DNA of 63,999 nucleotides, filler included, from Basidioascus undulatus (taxonomy: Eukaryota), in the NCBI GenBank assembly GCA_000826855.1. It is 5 parts of 5 records of this genome, joined end to end, with 100 filler letters (N's around TTAATTAATTAA, not from the genome) between each part and the next. Parts side by side here need not be neighbours in the genome. Positions count along the whole stretch, not along the records: positions 17,677 to 46,881 come from JTLS01000134.1; positions 46,982 to 55,741 come from JTLS01001340.1; 3 more parts are not named here. The stretch is one strand, 5' to 3'. The notes under the pieces are model-generated. The model worked only from the letters and a program-made list of their open reading frames with translations. It was not told the origin of the DNA and searched no databases. The position numbers were made by a program, and so were the translations under genes. Numbering within the stretch: the first letter of the stretch is position 1; every line of letters begins with the position of its first letter. This document shows positions 40,201-52,487 of this stretch, in pieces.

Positions 40201-40950
40201 TACTTCCATCGTTGTCAGTGCAGTCATTGCTATCATCACGTCTCTCATCAACGTACGCCCTCTCATCGTTGCTCGCACTCGCCAAGCGCAGTGTTGAACT
40301 TCCTCGTTTTTCCACAGCCGGACAACTTCGACTTCGACATTACCCGCGCCATCAACGCTGAGCACGCCAAGATCCGCCTTGGCCACGCTCCGGCGCCGAT
40401 CGAGACATCCGACATCCAGAGCACTGACGAGTCGAGCGACAAGAAGAAGGACTTCGTCGACGCCCACGCCGTGCCCAAGTTGGTCGCCGCCTCCATCCTC
40501 GCCGCTGAGGACCCCGAGCTCGACCCTGTCCAGCTTCAGAAGGATTTCAACATGGCGAAGTGGGCCGCTATCTCCGTTTCCCGTAAGTTCCCCTGTCCCC
40601 TGCGCACTTGCTTACATGCTCGCTAATAGAAAGTCCCAATGTAGTCATCCTTCTCATCATTGTCCCCTTGCCGCTGTTCTTCTCTTCCTACATCTACACC
40701 CCGAGCGGCTTCACCGGCTGGCTGTCTGTCGGTGCGTCAGCTCAACCGCCTCGATGCTGTGCGCAGCCCTGTCTGACCATCAACTCTTTCAGGTATCGCA
40801 TGGCTCTTCTGCGGCTCCTTCATTGTCGTTCTCTACCCTTTGTGGGAGAGCCGCGAGGGTCTTGTGCAAATCTTGAAGGGCGTCATCTGCGATATCTTCA
40901 CCGGCGGAAACGGAGCTTTCCGTGCTGAGACCGAGTCCTCTTCTGCGTAG
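37205..40950 (+). CDS. DUR3: Urea/polyamine active transporter (SSS family), about 27 introns
   Basis: LPQGAGYGVV, EEFNSASRSVKPGLIASGIVSAWTWA, GNAHGSYLTM, GNFGTVFLDQAYWQRA, AVTSATSAELIA, TYDIYK, YPLWESR. Confidence 0.95.
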
Positions 40951-41478
40951 ACATGGCATAGTTCAGGAGTTATATTGTAGTTCATTTCTCTTTCGGGCAT
41001 CCATTGATTGTAGAGCTTTTGTTGTGATTCCTAGAGATGCATGACCGCAATGACTGAACTAGCGTCTGTTTGCAGGGGCGTGACTGCCTTCAAGTTTGGA
41101 AGGCCACCCTCTTTTAGTTGCAAAGAGAGCATACGAATGTAAAGAAAAGTCGGGGGAGAAAAGGCACCTTGCAGGTGACGCATTGTGTCACCGATACAGT
41201 CCCCCTTCGTAACGAAGTCCCGTCTGACGGGCTTGCAACTATCATCACTTTTGAGTGCGGAAGTCAGTCGAAGGGACCCGCATCTCTACTTATCACATAC
41301 GCAAAGCGTTCAAGGCTTGAGCACAGTGGATTCGTTGAACGGTGATGCTTCTCGTCTTACGTCTTACGCTCACGGCGAGTGCCCGGCAGCTCAAACTGAC
41401 GGGTAGCTGTATAGCTTCAGGGGTATAATGCGATGCGTTTGTGCGGAAAATATAGATAATGAGCATCCCCTGGCCCTC

Positions 41479-42800
41479 TCACGCCTCCCACACCTTGATC
41501 GTCCCGTCCGCGCCAGCACTCAACATCTCTTGATTCGTCGGATGATGTTCCACCCACAGCACGCTCTTCTCGTGCACCTTGGGCGGAGGGTTCCCATTGA
41601 TCGGCTTTGACTGCGAGTACGCGAAGCATGTCAGCTGTGCACAAGCGAGCATGAAGACAGACGAGCTAATTAGCACACGCACGTCGACAAGGTCCCACGC
41701 GAAGAGGCGGCCCTCCTCGTCCGTGCTGACGACTGACGCCTCGCCCGGGCCGAAGACGGCTCGCGCCCGATAATCTTCTGATTTGTGGCCTTTGAAAGAC
41801 GCGAGGAGCCCGCCTGTTGCGGCGTCGAGGAGGCGCACGGTGCTGTCGAGCGTAGAGCACAGGAGGGTCGTGTTGTCCGAGGTGGGAGTCACAGAGGTCA
41901 CGGCGTCTGAGCGAACGTATATTTGCGTAAGGGGGTGAGTGCGATGGGAAAGGACGGCTTTGTACTCACAGTCCAGAAAATCGGACCGTAGTTGGCCGGC
42001 GCGCAGGTCGTACGTTCGCGCGTGGCCATCGACGCTGCCGGTATAGAGGTAATGTCCGTTGATATGCACCGACATTATGCTGTCTTTGGCGTCTTCTAGC
42101 ACTTGGATAGGAAGGCGATTGTTGGCTCTGGGCGGATGTCAGCGACCGTCGGAAGTTGAGTACTTGAGGAAAGGGAACGAGACTTACCGCATATCCCATA
42201 ATCGCACGGTCTGTGAAGCAAGGTCCCCTTCGCTCAGAATGGATAGGGAGGGGAAAAGCAGTGGCGGGGATACTAACAGCATCGAAAGAGCCTGCAACGT
42301 CCGCGTGAGTCCGGTTCATGTTTCAAGAATCGTACGCAAGAAGGACGTACCAGACGCGAGAACGGACGAATCCGCGTTGAATGCAACAGCATTGATCTTT
42401 CCCGAGTGCCCAGAAATACGCCGTATAGTCGTCCCCTCCGTCACATCCCACAGGAAGACCGCCTTGTCCCCTCCGCAGCTCGCAAATCTCGCGTTATCGT
42501 GCGACCTTCCACCCATCCTCCCGCATCAGCAGCATTCCCCAGGCAAACAGATATTGTAAAGGCGGATACTCACACCGCAATGCCCATCACCTCCCACCCG
42601 TGCCCCTCGTACTTCTTGACCAGCGCGCCCGTGGCCGGGTTCCACAAGCGCACGGCACGGTCATGCCCTCCGCTGAGGCAGTACTTGGACGTGAGCTTGT
42701 TGTAAACAACGACGTGTACGGGGCCTTGATGGCCCGTGAGCGTATGCCGCAGCTTTTTGGGCACCGACGCTGGCACTGCAGAGGTCGACTTTGGAGGCAT
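41479..42800 (-). CDS. WDR83: WD40 protein WDR83/MORG1
   Basis: LTGHQGPVHVVVYN..YCLSGGHDRAVRLWNP, DNARFASCGGDK, AKDSIMSV, TGSVDGHARTYDLRAGQL, STLDSTVRLLD. Confidence 0.9.
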
Positions 42801-42990
42801 GCTGGGACGAGATGGCAGATGAGGGCGAGACGAGGAGGACGCGCTTCGAGCGCGTTCGGCCCGACCCCTGGTCTGGACTTTTGCTTCCTTGCCGCTCCTT
42901 CCTTGACCACGAACCGCGACCATCTCGTCCTCCCCCTTCGCTCTTGCGCCTGAAAACCCATCACTCGGTCATCATTAGGGAGCGAACACC

Positions 42991-43554
42991 ATGACCCGTG
43001 TGTCCCTTTAGCCACAAAGCGCTCGCGTTGCGAATCTTAGCGCGAGGCGCGCTGACCTTGACGTGCGGGGTCTCTGAACAGGCGGGAACCAGAGGGAGAA
43101 GTCCGTATCTACAATGCTGTACTGGTGATGCGGAACAGCATGAGACTAATGTGTGCTGGCGTGATGCCTAATCGGTGATATAGGGACCGCGGTGCGTCTC
43201 CGTTCTGTTCATCTGGTGTCCCTAACGTAGCTCATGCTCTTGTGGCACCGCAGAGCGCGCGCAGAAGAAGACCGCTGCCCAACAAAAAGGCCCCAAGCAG
43301 TCATCACAATCTCTGGCAAACCGCAAGGAGGCGTACGTTCGAAGTTTGACTCTCTGCGTGCGTCCATGCTTACCTTGGGTGGCTCGACAGTGATGCCGCT
43401 GCGCTGAAGGCCAAGATTGAGGTGCGTCTTGAGCAAGTGTGTGCATAGAAATGTGCAGGCTCACGGTCTTAACACTACTTTGTAGGCTAAGGCTGCGGCG
43501 AAGGCAGCGGCGGAAGCGGGAGGGGGAGGAGGAGGGGGCGCGAAGAAGAAGTAG
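42991..43554 (+). CDS. SERF/4F5-family small basic protein (6 exons, micro-exons)
   Basis: Splices to MTRGNQREKDRERAQKKTAAQQKGPKQSSQSLANRKEADAAALKAKIEAKAAAKAAAEAGGGGGGGAKKK*. Confidence 0.88.
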
Positions 43555-44108
43555 ACGGGTAGGGCAGGGCAGGCCTTTGGGTTGAAGTGTGCAGAGGACT
43601 GCTTGGATGAGGTTGTGTTGTTCTTTATCCGGTTAGTGGGGTGTGGATGCTTTCAGGGCAGATGATTGCGCGAGGGACGCTCGTTTGCAGCCGCCCGGAA
43701 GTCCTATGGCGCTCGCACTCGATCGCTGAGTCATTCACGAGCTGCGACTACTTGCTAACCGGAAGACGTACTCATCATTCCCGACTGTCTTGCCTTTCGC
43801 CGGGATCATTCTGTCGTCGAGCTACTCTTCGAGGTTTGGCTCACCTGGAGAATCGCCTGCTCGCTCACCGCGGTGGTGTCGATCGAGTCTATTGCTGCAA
43901 GCAATCGATCTCGATATTGACGCCGTTCATCTTTCATGCCGCATCGTTGCTTCGGCGTCTCGCCGTGCTTAGTGGTACTCGAGGCATTCGGGTATTGGAA
44001 GGCGACAATATCGACGAGATTGTTACGTTCCGCCTGGCTGTGGGACCGTCGCCTACTTGCACAACACTCATTGCCTCGATCGACATACATGCTTCACAGG
44101 TCACTTTT

Positions 44109-45830
44109 CTACAAACATCTCGTGAGCACGACTACCGCTGCACGACACCCCAACCGACCTGCAAGCTCGACGCCGACGTCCGCCCACGTCTGCGTCCACT
44201 GCCTCAAATCGCTTACCGGCGGATGAGGTGCTTCCGCCCAGGCCTTCGGGTCCTCCCACGCTGAGAGCTCGAGCTCAATCCTTTCCATCGCCGGAAGGTC
44301 CCCGCCTTTCGTGCAACAAGGAGTCCGCGCAACGCGGGTTCGTCCACATGTCGAGCATGAGCACCTCGAGTCCAGCGTGGCGCGGCGGCAGGGCCCAGCC
44401 GACCTCTGGAAGCATTCTGTCCCAGTCACCCTCGAGGACGATGTGCCCGTGCCGTTTGTTTTTATGGAAATGTGCAAACGAAAACCAAATGGTGAGACCC
44501 TTAGTGCTGAGGGTAGCGTCCGGATGACCTGTTTGGATTGCAGTATCTCAAAAGCTCCAGAGCATACATTTTTTTTCGGGTTTGCGGCAAGCATCGACTT
44601 AGAGAAAGAAACAGTGCGCGGCCCAACACTTTCATCTGTTCCGGCGCTTGCCCGGCTCGAAAGCCCCCTCCGCCGCAAAGGAGATCGCTGATGCTCGGAA
44701 CATCCCTAAATCACCCATTTGACAGCCAGCTGAAGCATCTGGTCACCGTGTCCCAACGTGATGAGCAGCAGAACCAATCAGAACTAATGTCTGTCTCCTC
44801 TGTCAATGTGCCAGGGTTACCTTCATGGCGAGGATGTCGTTATTACACTAAACCGAGGAGGTAAAAGGTTTGGGGGCGTCTCGTCTTTCCAGCTTGACAC
44901 TCGACAAAAGCCCGTGAACCTTTGTCGAATCCCAGTGGTCCCTTTCCAGATGAAATATCTCAGTGTTTTAAGGATTAGTATAGACAGGTTGCCTCTTGAT
45001 ACAAACCACATGGATCTGAGGGAGAGAATACGCATGAGGTTGAATCGAGTACGTCTCGCACTGTACAACTCCATAAGGAAGCTGAGTTGCTTATGTTCCA
45101 TGAACACGCGCTGCTGCTTTTTGTGAAACTTAAGCCACTTAAATGCATAATTCAATCCGAACCCGCTCACTGCTCAATGCAGGCACTGCCGCTGGACAAA
45201 GACTTGCGGAGATGAAAATTGAGGCTGCAATGTCACTACGTCCTACTCTGGATGCCTCCTGCGCCCGAACCTGGCTTAGAGAAAAGAACAGCCTCGTAAT
45301 CCTCTCTAGGCTAATAAAGTCTGGTATTTGGTCCCTCTTAAAAGTGACAAAAGTCAAGGCAGTTTGCCTGAAGGTACGACCGCAGACTCAAGGACAGTTA
45401 AGGTCTTTCAGCGCCAATCGGGACACTCCCAACGCAACCTGCTCAATCGGAGAACGCCTTGTCTTAAAAGCCCCTGCAGGAAGCCATGCGAACCTTTCAT
45501 CTATAATTAGAGCAGGTCTAGGCCTGCAAGGGCAGTACGCAACGGGCCGCAACGCAGCTGAAAAAACCACCCATGGCCAGTCCCCGGGCCTTGTGAGGCC
45601 GCGTAAAGCGTCCATTGGCAAATTGGCACGAGTTTCGTCCTCTCATCGTGAAATACGGTGAAGAAACTCAAAGGGTTGTCAAGGGAGTGGGCTTTCAGAC
45701 TGCAGTGCGATCCAAGATCCTCAAAGTACCACACCCTGCAAGCCAGACGAAAGCGGCGCACGCTTGAAATCGGGGCTCACGGTGAAGACACGCAGCGCAG
45801 AGACGAATCGCATTTCCAGGGGTCAATTGG
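44109..45830 (-). pseudogene. Decayed F-box/LRR-like gene
   Basis: Frameshifted (L)PLEM..RRFRLACRVWY at the 5' end, later LEVLMLDMW and ERIELEL..WADVGVEL; many stops, lower GC. Confidence 0.4.
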
Positions 45831-46881
45831 CTGTAGCACTTCTAATAATGATTGCGCCTACAGCTCAACAGTCTTTGTTTATATACACCATTTGTCTTCT
45901 CTCCTCGCGCTGACACTTCTAGACCTGCTAGCGCGCTCTCGAGTGGCCCGACCGCAGGCTTGGTACGCCCTCGATCGACCACGCACGCTGAGCGATGATT
46001 TGTCGACCTGCCGCCTCTTGACGCTTCCCTTCACCGCCGCTGAGGCACACGTCGAGGTGAGTGTGCAGTCGATTTCTTGTCAGAGAGCAGGAGAGGAACT
46101 CCACGGGGAGGGAACAAGGCACACGCGCGAGGCCTGAACGCGCGAGGCCCGCCTGAGTTGCCGCTGTCAGTGTCGGACTCTCGGGGGCGCGTTCAAGCGA
46201 TCCGCAGCGTACCCTGCCTGCCATACTCCTCGTACTCGCGTCTGCCTCTGAGGCCGGCCTACGCAGGTGCGCCGGAGTACATCTGATGGGTCCTATGAGA
46301 GCGAGACGGGGTTTGGACGCAGCGAAGAGCCGACCAAAGCACGTGCATCCTTGGGACTAGGGCGCTGGACTGACTGCTTGCCCTCTTCCTCCCTCCCCCT
46401 TGCACACGTCCATCCGTCTTCGCAGCAGCGCAGAGCGACACCCACACTCGTTTGATTCCGTACGGCCCGGCGGGGTCTATCCTCCATGGCACTCTATTAA
46501 TCCACTTTACTCTCTTTCAACGCTCACACCGCCCGCCCGACCGCGACGCCCCGCTGCCCCTTTCGACCTCAACACATCAATTCCATCTCCCCGTCCCTTC
46601 CTCGACTTTTCCCCCCAGACTCGACCCAGTTTTATTCGACTAGCAGCTCTCACATTCACACTCGACCCGACGCTGACACCTGACACCGCTTCCCTTTCGA
46701 CTCTGCCTCGACACCCTCCCCTTCCCCCCTCACCCCCCCCCGCTCACCATGGCGGCCCCGTACGACCTCCCCCTCCCCACTACCCGGGCACCCGCTCCGC
46801 CCGCACGAGGAAATACCCTCGCGCGGCGGACGACGCAGGGCGCGTCTGGCGTTGGGCGGTCAAAGACGCTTACCCGCCCAA

Positions 46882-46981
46882 NNNNNNNNNNNNNNNNNNN
46901 NNNNNNNNNNNNNNNNNNNNNNNNNTTAATTAATTAANNNNNNNNNNNNNNNNNNNNNNNNNNNNNNNNNNNNNNNNNNNN
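46882..46981. other. Artificial contig linker
   Basis: 100-bp N run with TTAATTAATTAA. Confidence 0.98.
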
Positions 46982-47874
46982 GCGGAGAACAGGAGGGTGG
47001 GGAGGAAAGGAGAGTCGGTCTGCAGTGGGGTGTGGGATTTGAGAAGTAGACCCAAAGGAGGCAGCAGCCATGGGAGAAGACATACATGGATCCCCAACAC
47101 TGCGACTCTCCGCAGGCCAAGCGCAGCGGCGAGCTCTGCCTCCGACCCCTTCGGAAGCTGGACGAGCAGCACGCCGTCCTGCTCTAGCTCATCCTCCTTC
47201 TTCTCCGCTGCAGCACGCCCATTCCAGGCCGCGACCATCTGCGGGACGTGGGCGATGAGGCTGGGTGGGTTGACGTCCGACTGGCAGACGGCGAGGATGC
47301 GGAGGGGAGTAGGCGGGGAGGGTGACGGTTTGGATGAAGAGGGTTGTGAAGGGGCGGTGGGGACGAGGGAGGAAGGGGTGAGGAGGGACGTGCAAGCGTT
47401 GATGCCGATGGTGAGGTGCGAGGAGAGCGGGTGAGGCCGGGGAGCGGCGTCGGGTGCTGCAGGTCGTGCGTCCTCACGCTCTACCTCTCCGCTCGCGCCA
47501 TCGCCCTCCCTCTTCCGCTTCTTGCCTCGCCCTTTACGCCCTTCGAAGCGGTGGTCGCCTATAGGCTTGAGCTGCTGCACCAGCGTCTCGAGGACCTTCT
47601 GGCCTGCAGTGGAGGGAAGCGTCGGCCTGTCACTCTCCCTTCCAGCTTGAGCCTACGAATCGACACTGGAAACCTTGGAAAGGACAACTTACCAGCTCAA
47701 ATGATACGGAGTGTCCAGCACCGGCTTGAACACCGTCTTCCGCGGTCCAGCATCAGTGCCGGACGCAGAGGTCGCCCTGGCCGCGGCGGTAGGCCCGCCC
47801 GCGTTGCGCCGAATGGAGTGCTGCGTCGCTGCTGAGCGCGCGGTCTTTGTTGATGGCGCTGCTGGCGCCGACAT
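46982..47874 (-). CDS. POP3: RNase P/MRP subunit Pop3 (L7Ae-like), 3' end missing
   Basis: RKTVFKPVLDTPY..W, LTIGINACTSLL, VCQSDVNPPSLIAHVP, LVQLPKGSEAELAAALGLRRVAVLGI. Confidence 0.8.
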
Positions 47875-49030
47875 AGCTGGTGTGATTGGGAGTGATGAAG
47901 GTATGGAGGCAAGAGACCGAAAGTTGCAAGCTGCAACTCAGGTCAGTCGAATGCTTGCTATGGGTCACAGTCTCCTGCGAGTTCATGCCTTGCGTGAGAA
48001 ACGGCAAACTTGCCCCAAGCGGTTGACTCCTGAGTGCAAACCAACTTCTCTTCCTTTCTCTTTGAGCATAGGCCAGCCTTTTTGTGTCTTATCTTAGTCT
48101 ATGCAGTAGTTTCTACAAAGGTCGGGTGCCGGGACTGACGGAAATACCACTGCGTGCCACCGGCACTGCAACCACCCTGTGTTCGCTGGCCCTTCACCAG
48201 GGTTAAGCAGTATGTTGAGGCCAACTCACATGCATTGATGCAAATTCAGTTCCTTGGCTTGTACGTATACGGTGCCTTGGCAATGACCTCTCTGCCACAT
48301 CCAACGTTCTTAGAGCTCGCAGGCCGCCGGACCCCCTCGGGAAGAGTAGTCCAACGCAGGGATCGATCCGTTATTACAAGACTCTTCATTTTTGCGCAGC
48401 CTGAGCGGTCATCATCGAATGACTGCCTGGTTCAAGTGCACGATCTGCACCAACCACGGCGGCGCACGCCTCTTCGCGCAGCCCCCACGTATATGACTAG
48501 GCGTGTCGCGCCGCCCTTCCCGCTCCCATCGGAGCTCCTACATATCATCCCTTCGCCTTCCTTTCAATATATTTTCATGATCGTCGCCGTGATAGACACA
48601 AGAGCACGCCTGCAGATCGCTGTCCCAATTCGCCGACAAAATACAGTGCCTACCTCCACATTGCTCAACTGACTTCATCCCTTCCTCAACCGCCCACAAC
48701 TTCCGGAACTAGCATGATTAATGATTACCGATGAGGAGGAGTACTCCGGTAAGCAAATGTACGGAGAAGACAGATCTCATCTTATCGTCACCCCTTGATC
48801 ACTCCACGGCCGACGAATGTTGAGGATCGACAGACCGCTGTAGCCGGCAGTTTGTCCATGTTATGCACTGTCGTGGGCCGAAAGCACTTGCTATGAATTT
48901 TTCGAGGGTGTAAATGGGTATTAATATTTCAGTAAGCCGACACGTTGTTTAAGAACAGACCTTAGCGGTGGCGAAAGGAGGTCTCTTTCTCCAGGCCACC
49001 GTCCGACGCTGCACGCTAGTACCTTTACCG

Positions 49031-49064
49031 GTCCCGCACCTTCTATAGTCCCGCACCTTCTATA
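49031..49064. repeat. 17-bp tandem duplication in the rds1 upstream region
   Basis: GTCCCGCACCTTCTATA occurs twice in tandem. Confidence 0.9.
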
Positions 49065-49363
49065 CTTGACCGGACGGCCCCTCTGTCTTCCGTGTCCCAT
49101 CACTGCACACCACTTTCGGGACCTTAAAACGCTGGGACGACACGTACGGGCGTCACGGTGCGGCTCGATCGCTGTAGGCGGCGGCAGATGACTGCATGGA
49201 TGCAGTCCCCACTCGCTACTCCCAACCCAGTGTCGATCTTCATCCGGCTTCATCTTAGGGACAGCTGGGATTACCGTCCTATAAATCTTGAAGCTCCTTC
49301 TTGCACCTTGTCCTCAATCCGCATCTCTCTCTCTCTTCGCTGCTCAACGCTCTCCGCCCAGCA

Positions 49364-51188
49364 ATGCTCGCCCCCGCTGCTGCCGCCCTCGTCCTCGGGG
49401 CAACTCTTTCTTCCGCAGCTCCCTCCGTCGACAGGAGGTGGAACACCAAGCCGCCTGCGCCCGTCCCTTCGGGCGGTATTCTCACTAACGGAACCGTCCC
49501 GCCGACGTACAGGGCGGTCAGCGAGTTCGACTTCCAGTCGATCGTGCGTCCACACTCCCTCCCTCTCGACTGTGCTCTTTTGACCGTCTGGTGCTTGGGT
49601 AGAATTTGGCGCTCAATCAAGAGTGGATTGAACTTGACCTCTTTCACCGGGGTGAGAGAGAGAAGAAAAAGGCTGGTAGTACTGGTATAGGAGCGTAGAC
49701 TGACCTGAGCTGGTTTCACAGGCCTTGCCCAAGTCAGTCTCACCCTCCAAGCTTCGCAGGCTTCGGTTGGCTTATTATACTTCAATCTCAACAGTTTTCT
49801 GTGCAAGAATTTGAAGAGGCTGGTATCGGCGCCTCAGAGCGCTACCTGATCCAGTTCATGGCCGAGCAGGAGGTCGGACACGCAACGTGAGTACTTCTCA
49901 ACTGCGAAGTCCAGGGCTTCAGTGGTTCCTGACTATAGATCATCGTAGTCTGCTATCCAACATTCTTGGTCCGTCCGCTGCCAAGCAGTGCAAGTACAAC
50001 TACGACGGCGCGTTCGGCAATGTCCGCGAATGGGTCGAGTTCTGCCAGAAGGTGTGAAGCCGATCCTCTGCCACTGTCTGTGGACCCGTTCTTCAGAAGC
50101 TGACCTGTTCGCTCATCTGATCAGCTAACCCGCTGGGGTGAGGCCGGCGTGTACGGCTTCCTCGAGCACCTGGACTCCCGCGACAGCGCCACGCTTCTGC
50201 TCCAGTCCATCACTACCGAGACCCGCCAGCAGATGATCTTCACACAGTTCGAGGTACGTTTGGCTGCGAGAACCTATAGCGGGATTATCGACTGATAGCT
50301 TGACTCTCAATAGGGTCTGTTCCCGATGCCCTTCTGGTAGGCGATAGAGACTTTTGAGGTTCAGCAGCGGTTACACTGACGACACGCCTGCAGGTTCAAC
50401 CCGGCCCTGCCTCAAGCTTGGGCGTGGACTCTCCTCGCGCCGTACCTCGAGTCTTGCCCGCCCGGAAACCCGCACATCATCTTCCAGAACTTCCCCGCTC
50501 TGAACGTGACGGTGCGTCTGATCCCCTCCCGACCTTTAGCCCAATACTGCTCTGACGGTTTCCCGGCCCCCATCAGAACCCGCCCCCGGCCATCAACGCC
50601 CAGTACAACGCCGCGATCTCGACCAACCGCACTGCCCTCACTAAGCCCGGTCGCAAGGTCAACTTCGTCTGGGAGGACCCCGGCAAGACGGTCAGCTACG
50701 ACGACTCGTACAGGACGTACAGCGCTGCGGGCAAGCCCAAGGTTCGTCTTCTTCCACTTTAACCTTGCTCTCTCACATCTGAATTCCCGTCCATACAGTT
50801 TGCGGCTTGGGTCAGCCAGCTGAACACCACTTACACTCCTCTGTACAACATCAACGGCAACTCGGCATGTGAGTTGCACAACTTCGAATCAAGCTACGAC
50901 AGGCTTACTGACTCTACGCTTTTCTTCTCCAGCTACGAAGCAGCCCGAGGGCGTCGTCTTCCCGAACACGGGCGACAACACGCCGCACATCGTCAATGGC
51001 ACTTCGTTCGTTGCGATCGTCGACTCGGACACCTACTACACGCCGTTCAACTTGTCGCTTATCAACGACCACGTTGTTGCCGGTGAGTCCCGTGTCCCCT
51101 GGCCGCTCTCCCCGTGGCCTCCTGTGATCAGACGCTTACTGGATCTCTTACCGCCATTTTAGGCCCCTACGTCTACATCGCCGGCTGA
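49364..51188 (+). CDS. rds1: Rds1-like secreted ferritin-like stress protein
   Basis: Signal-peptide-like start; SEFDFQSINLALNQEWIELDLF, FMAEQEVGHA, LTRWGEAGVYGFLEHLDSR, LQSITTETRQQMIF; TATAAA at 49280. Confidence 0.9.
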
Positions 51189-51468
51189 ACGCCTTCCCTT
51201 CACTTTGATGACTTTAATGTTGAACAAAGAATGATCCAGCGCTCAATGAACGTATCAATTTTATTGAACTTGCTCTCCTCAAACTCCCGGTTTTGCGGGC
51301 CTGAACACAGCTCGAGCATAAGGGCAACTGCCGCAATGGAATCCGATCAAGATGCTCTGCCGATGTCTCCGCCGCGCGCTTCTCCTTCTCTCCTCAACCG
51401 CCACAGCGCTTCGCAACTCACCCCACCCTCAAGCCCATAATCTCGGAGCCTCGGGCTAATCCTCCACC

Positions 51469-51750
51469 ATGCCCATTTCGGTGCCTTTCGAGCTCGTTGC
51501 GCACACCGTCGCTTGCCTCGCCGAGGCCCCGCACCCGGACATCCGGGCGACGTGCTCGATGCTCCTGGCTCTCTTCCTCGTCTCGCGCAACGTCAGAGCC
51601 ATCACGCTTCCGTACATCTTCTGCACATTCCGGGTTCGAACCGTCACAGAGCTTTCGTCTCTTGCGGACTTGATGCATCTGAGCCTCGTCGACTCCCTTT
51701 CGCTGTGCGATGTCGAGGACTCGCAGTCGAAGGCGGGTCCACCCCATTGA
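51469..51750 (+). pseudogene. Truncated F-box-like gene fragment
   Basis: VPFELVAHTV..LLALFLVSRNVRAITLPYIF pattern followed by an early stop. Confidence 0.5.
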
Positions 51751-52487
51751 CTCGAGAGACTTGGGGCCATAGTTTGTGAGAGGGATGCTTTGGGCTTGAG
51801 GCCGATTATTGGGCGGCACGTTGTGGGACCTGGGCGGTTTGAGCTTGAAGGAGGCGCTGAACGAGGCCGACTGAATGGGCGGTGTCCGGACGAGAGGGAA
51901 CGTACGTCAGGATGCCTATAGGAGGGCTGGAGGATTTTTTTGCGGCTAAACGGATTACATTATGTATGTACATGTCGGATTCTCGCGAGGCCGGACGGCA
52001 AGGCGAGTATCACGCTGGACTGCTTCTGTCGCATTGGCATTGCAATGGCCCATGAACCTCAGCACGGCATACCAAATAAAGAAGTTTCCAGTTTGGGGAA
52101 GTTTAAGCCTCTCTGGCAGTATACCGCCGTCCTCGGAGATCCGACAAGCGAACAACGGCAGAAATGTCCTGCAGCTTGGTAAAGTTTGTCAGCGAGCAAT
52201 GCCGTAAGATCACACGCAATAACACGGCGCAAGGACAGTGCAGGTCACTGAAAATACCCTTGGCCTCACCATGACGGGCTCAACCAGGCCAATCACATTG
52301 TTCGAGACCATTCTGGACGAAACACTGTCGCTACCCGTCTCAGCGCGGGCCATAGGTGTGCCAGTCCCTAGGTGTTCAAGAACCAATGACGAGTTGCTAG
52401 CTTATAAATATTTAGAGCATCTGCTTTCCTGTATCGTTTCTCGTTGTTGTCCCACACCTCCCACATTGACCCGGCCGACTGCCAGCA

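Noticed and set aside
45900..46881. Possible 5' UTR and first codons of a plus-strand gene before the gap
   Set aside because: Only ~44 codons before the contig end and the frame is ambiguous.
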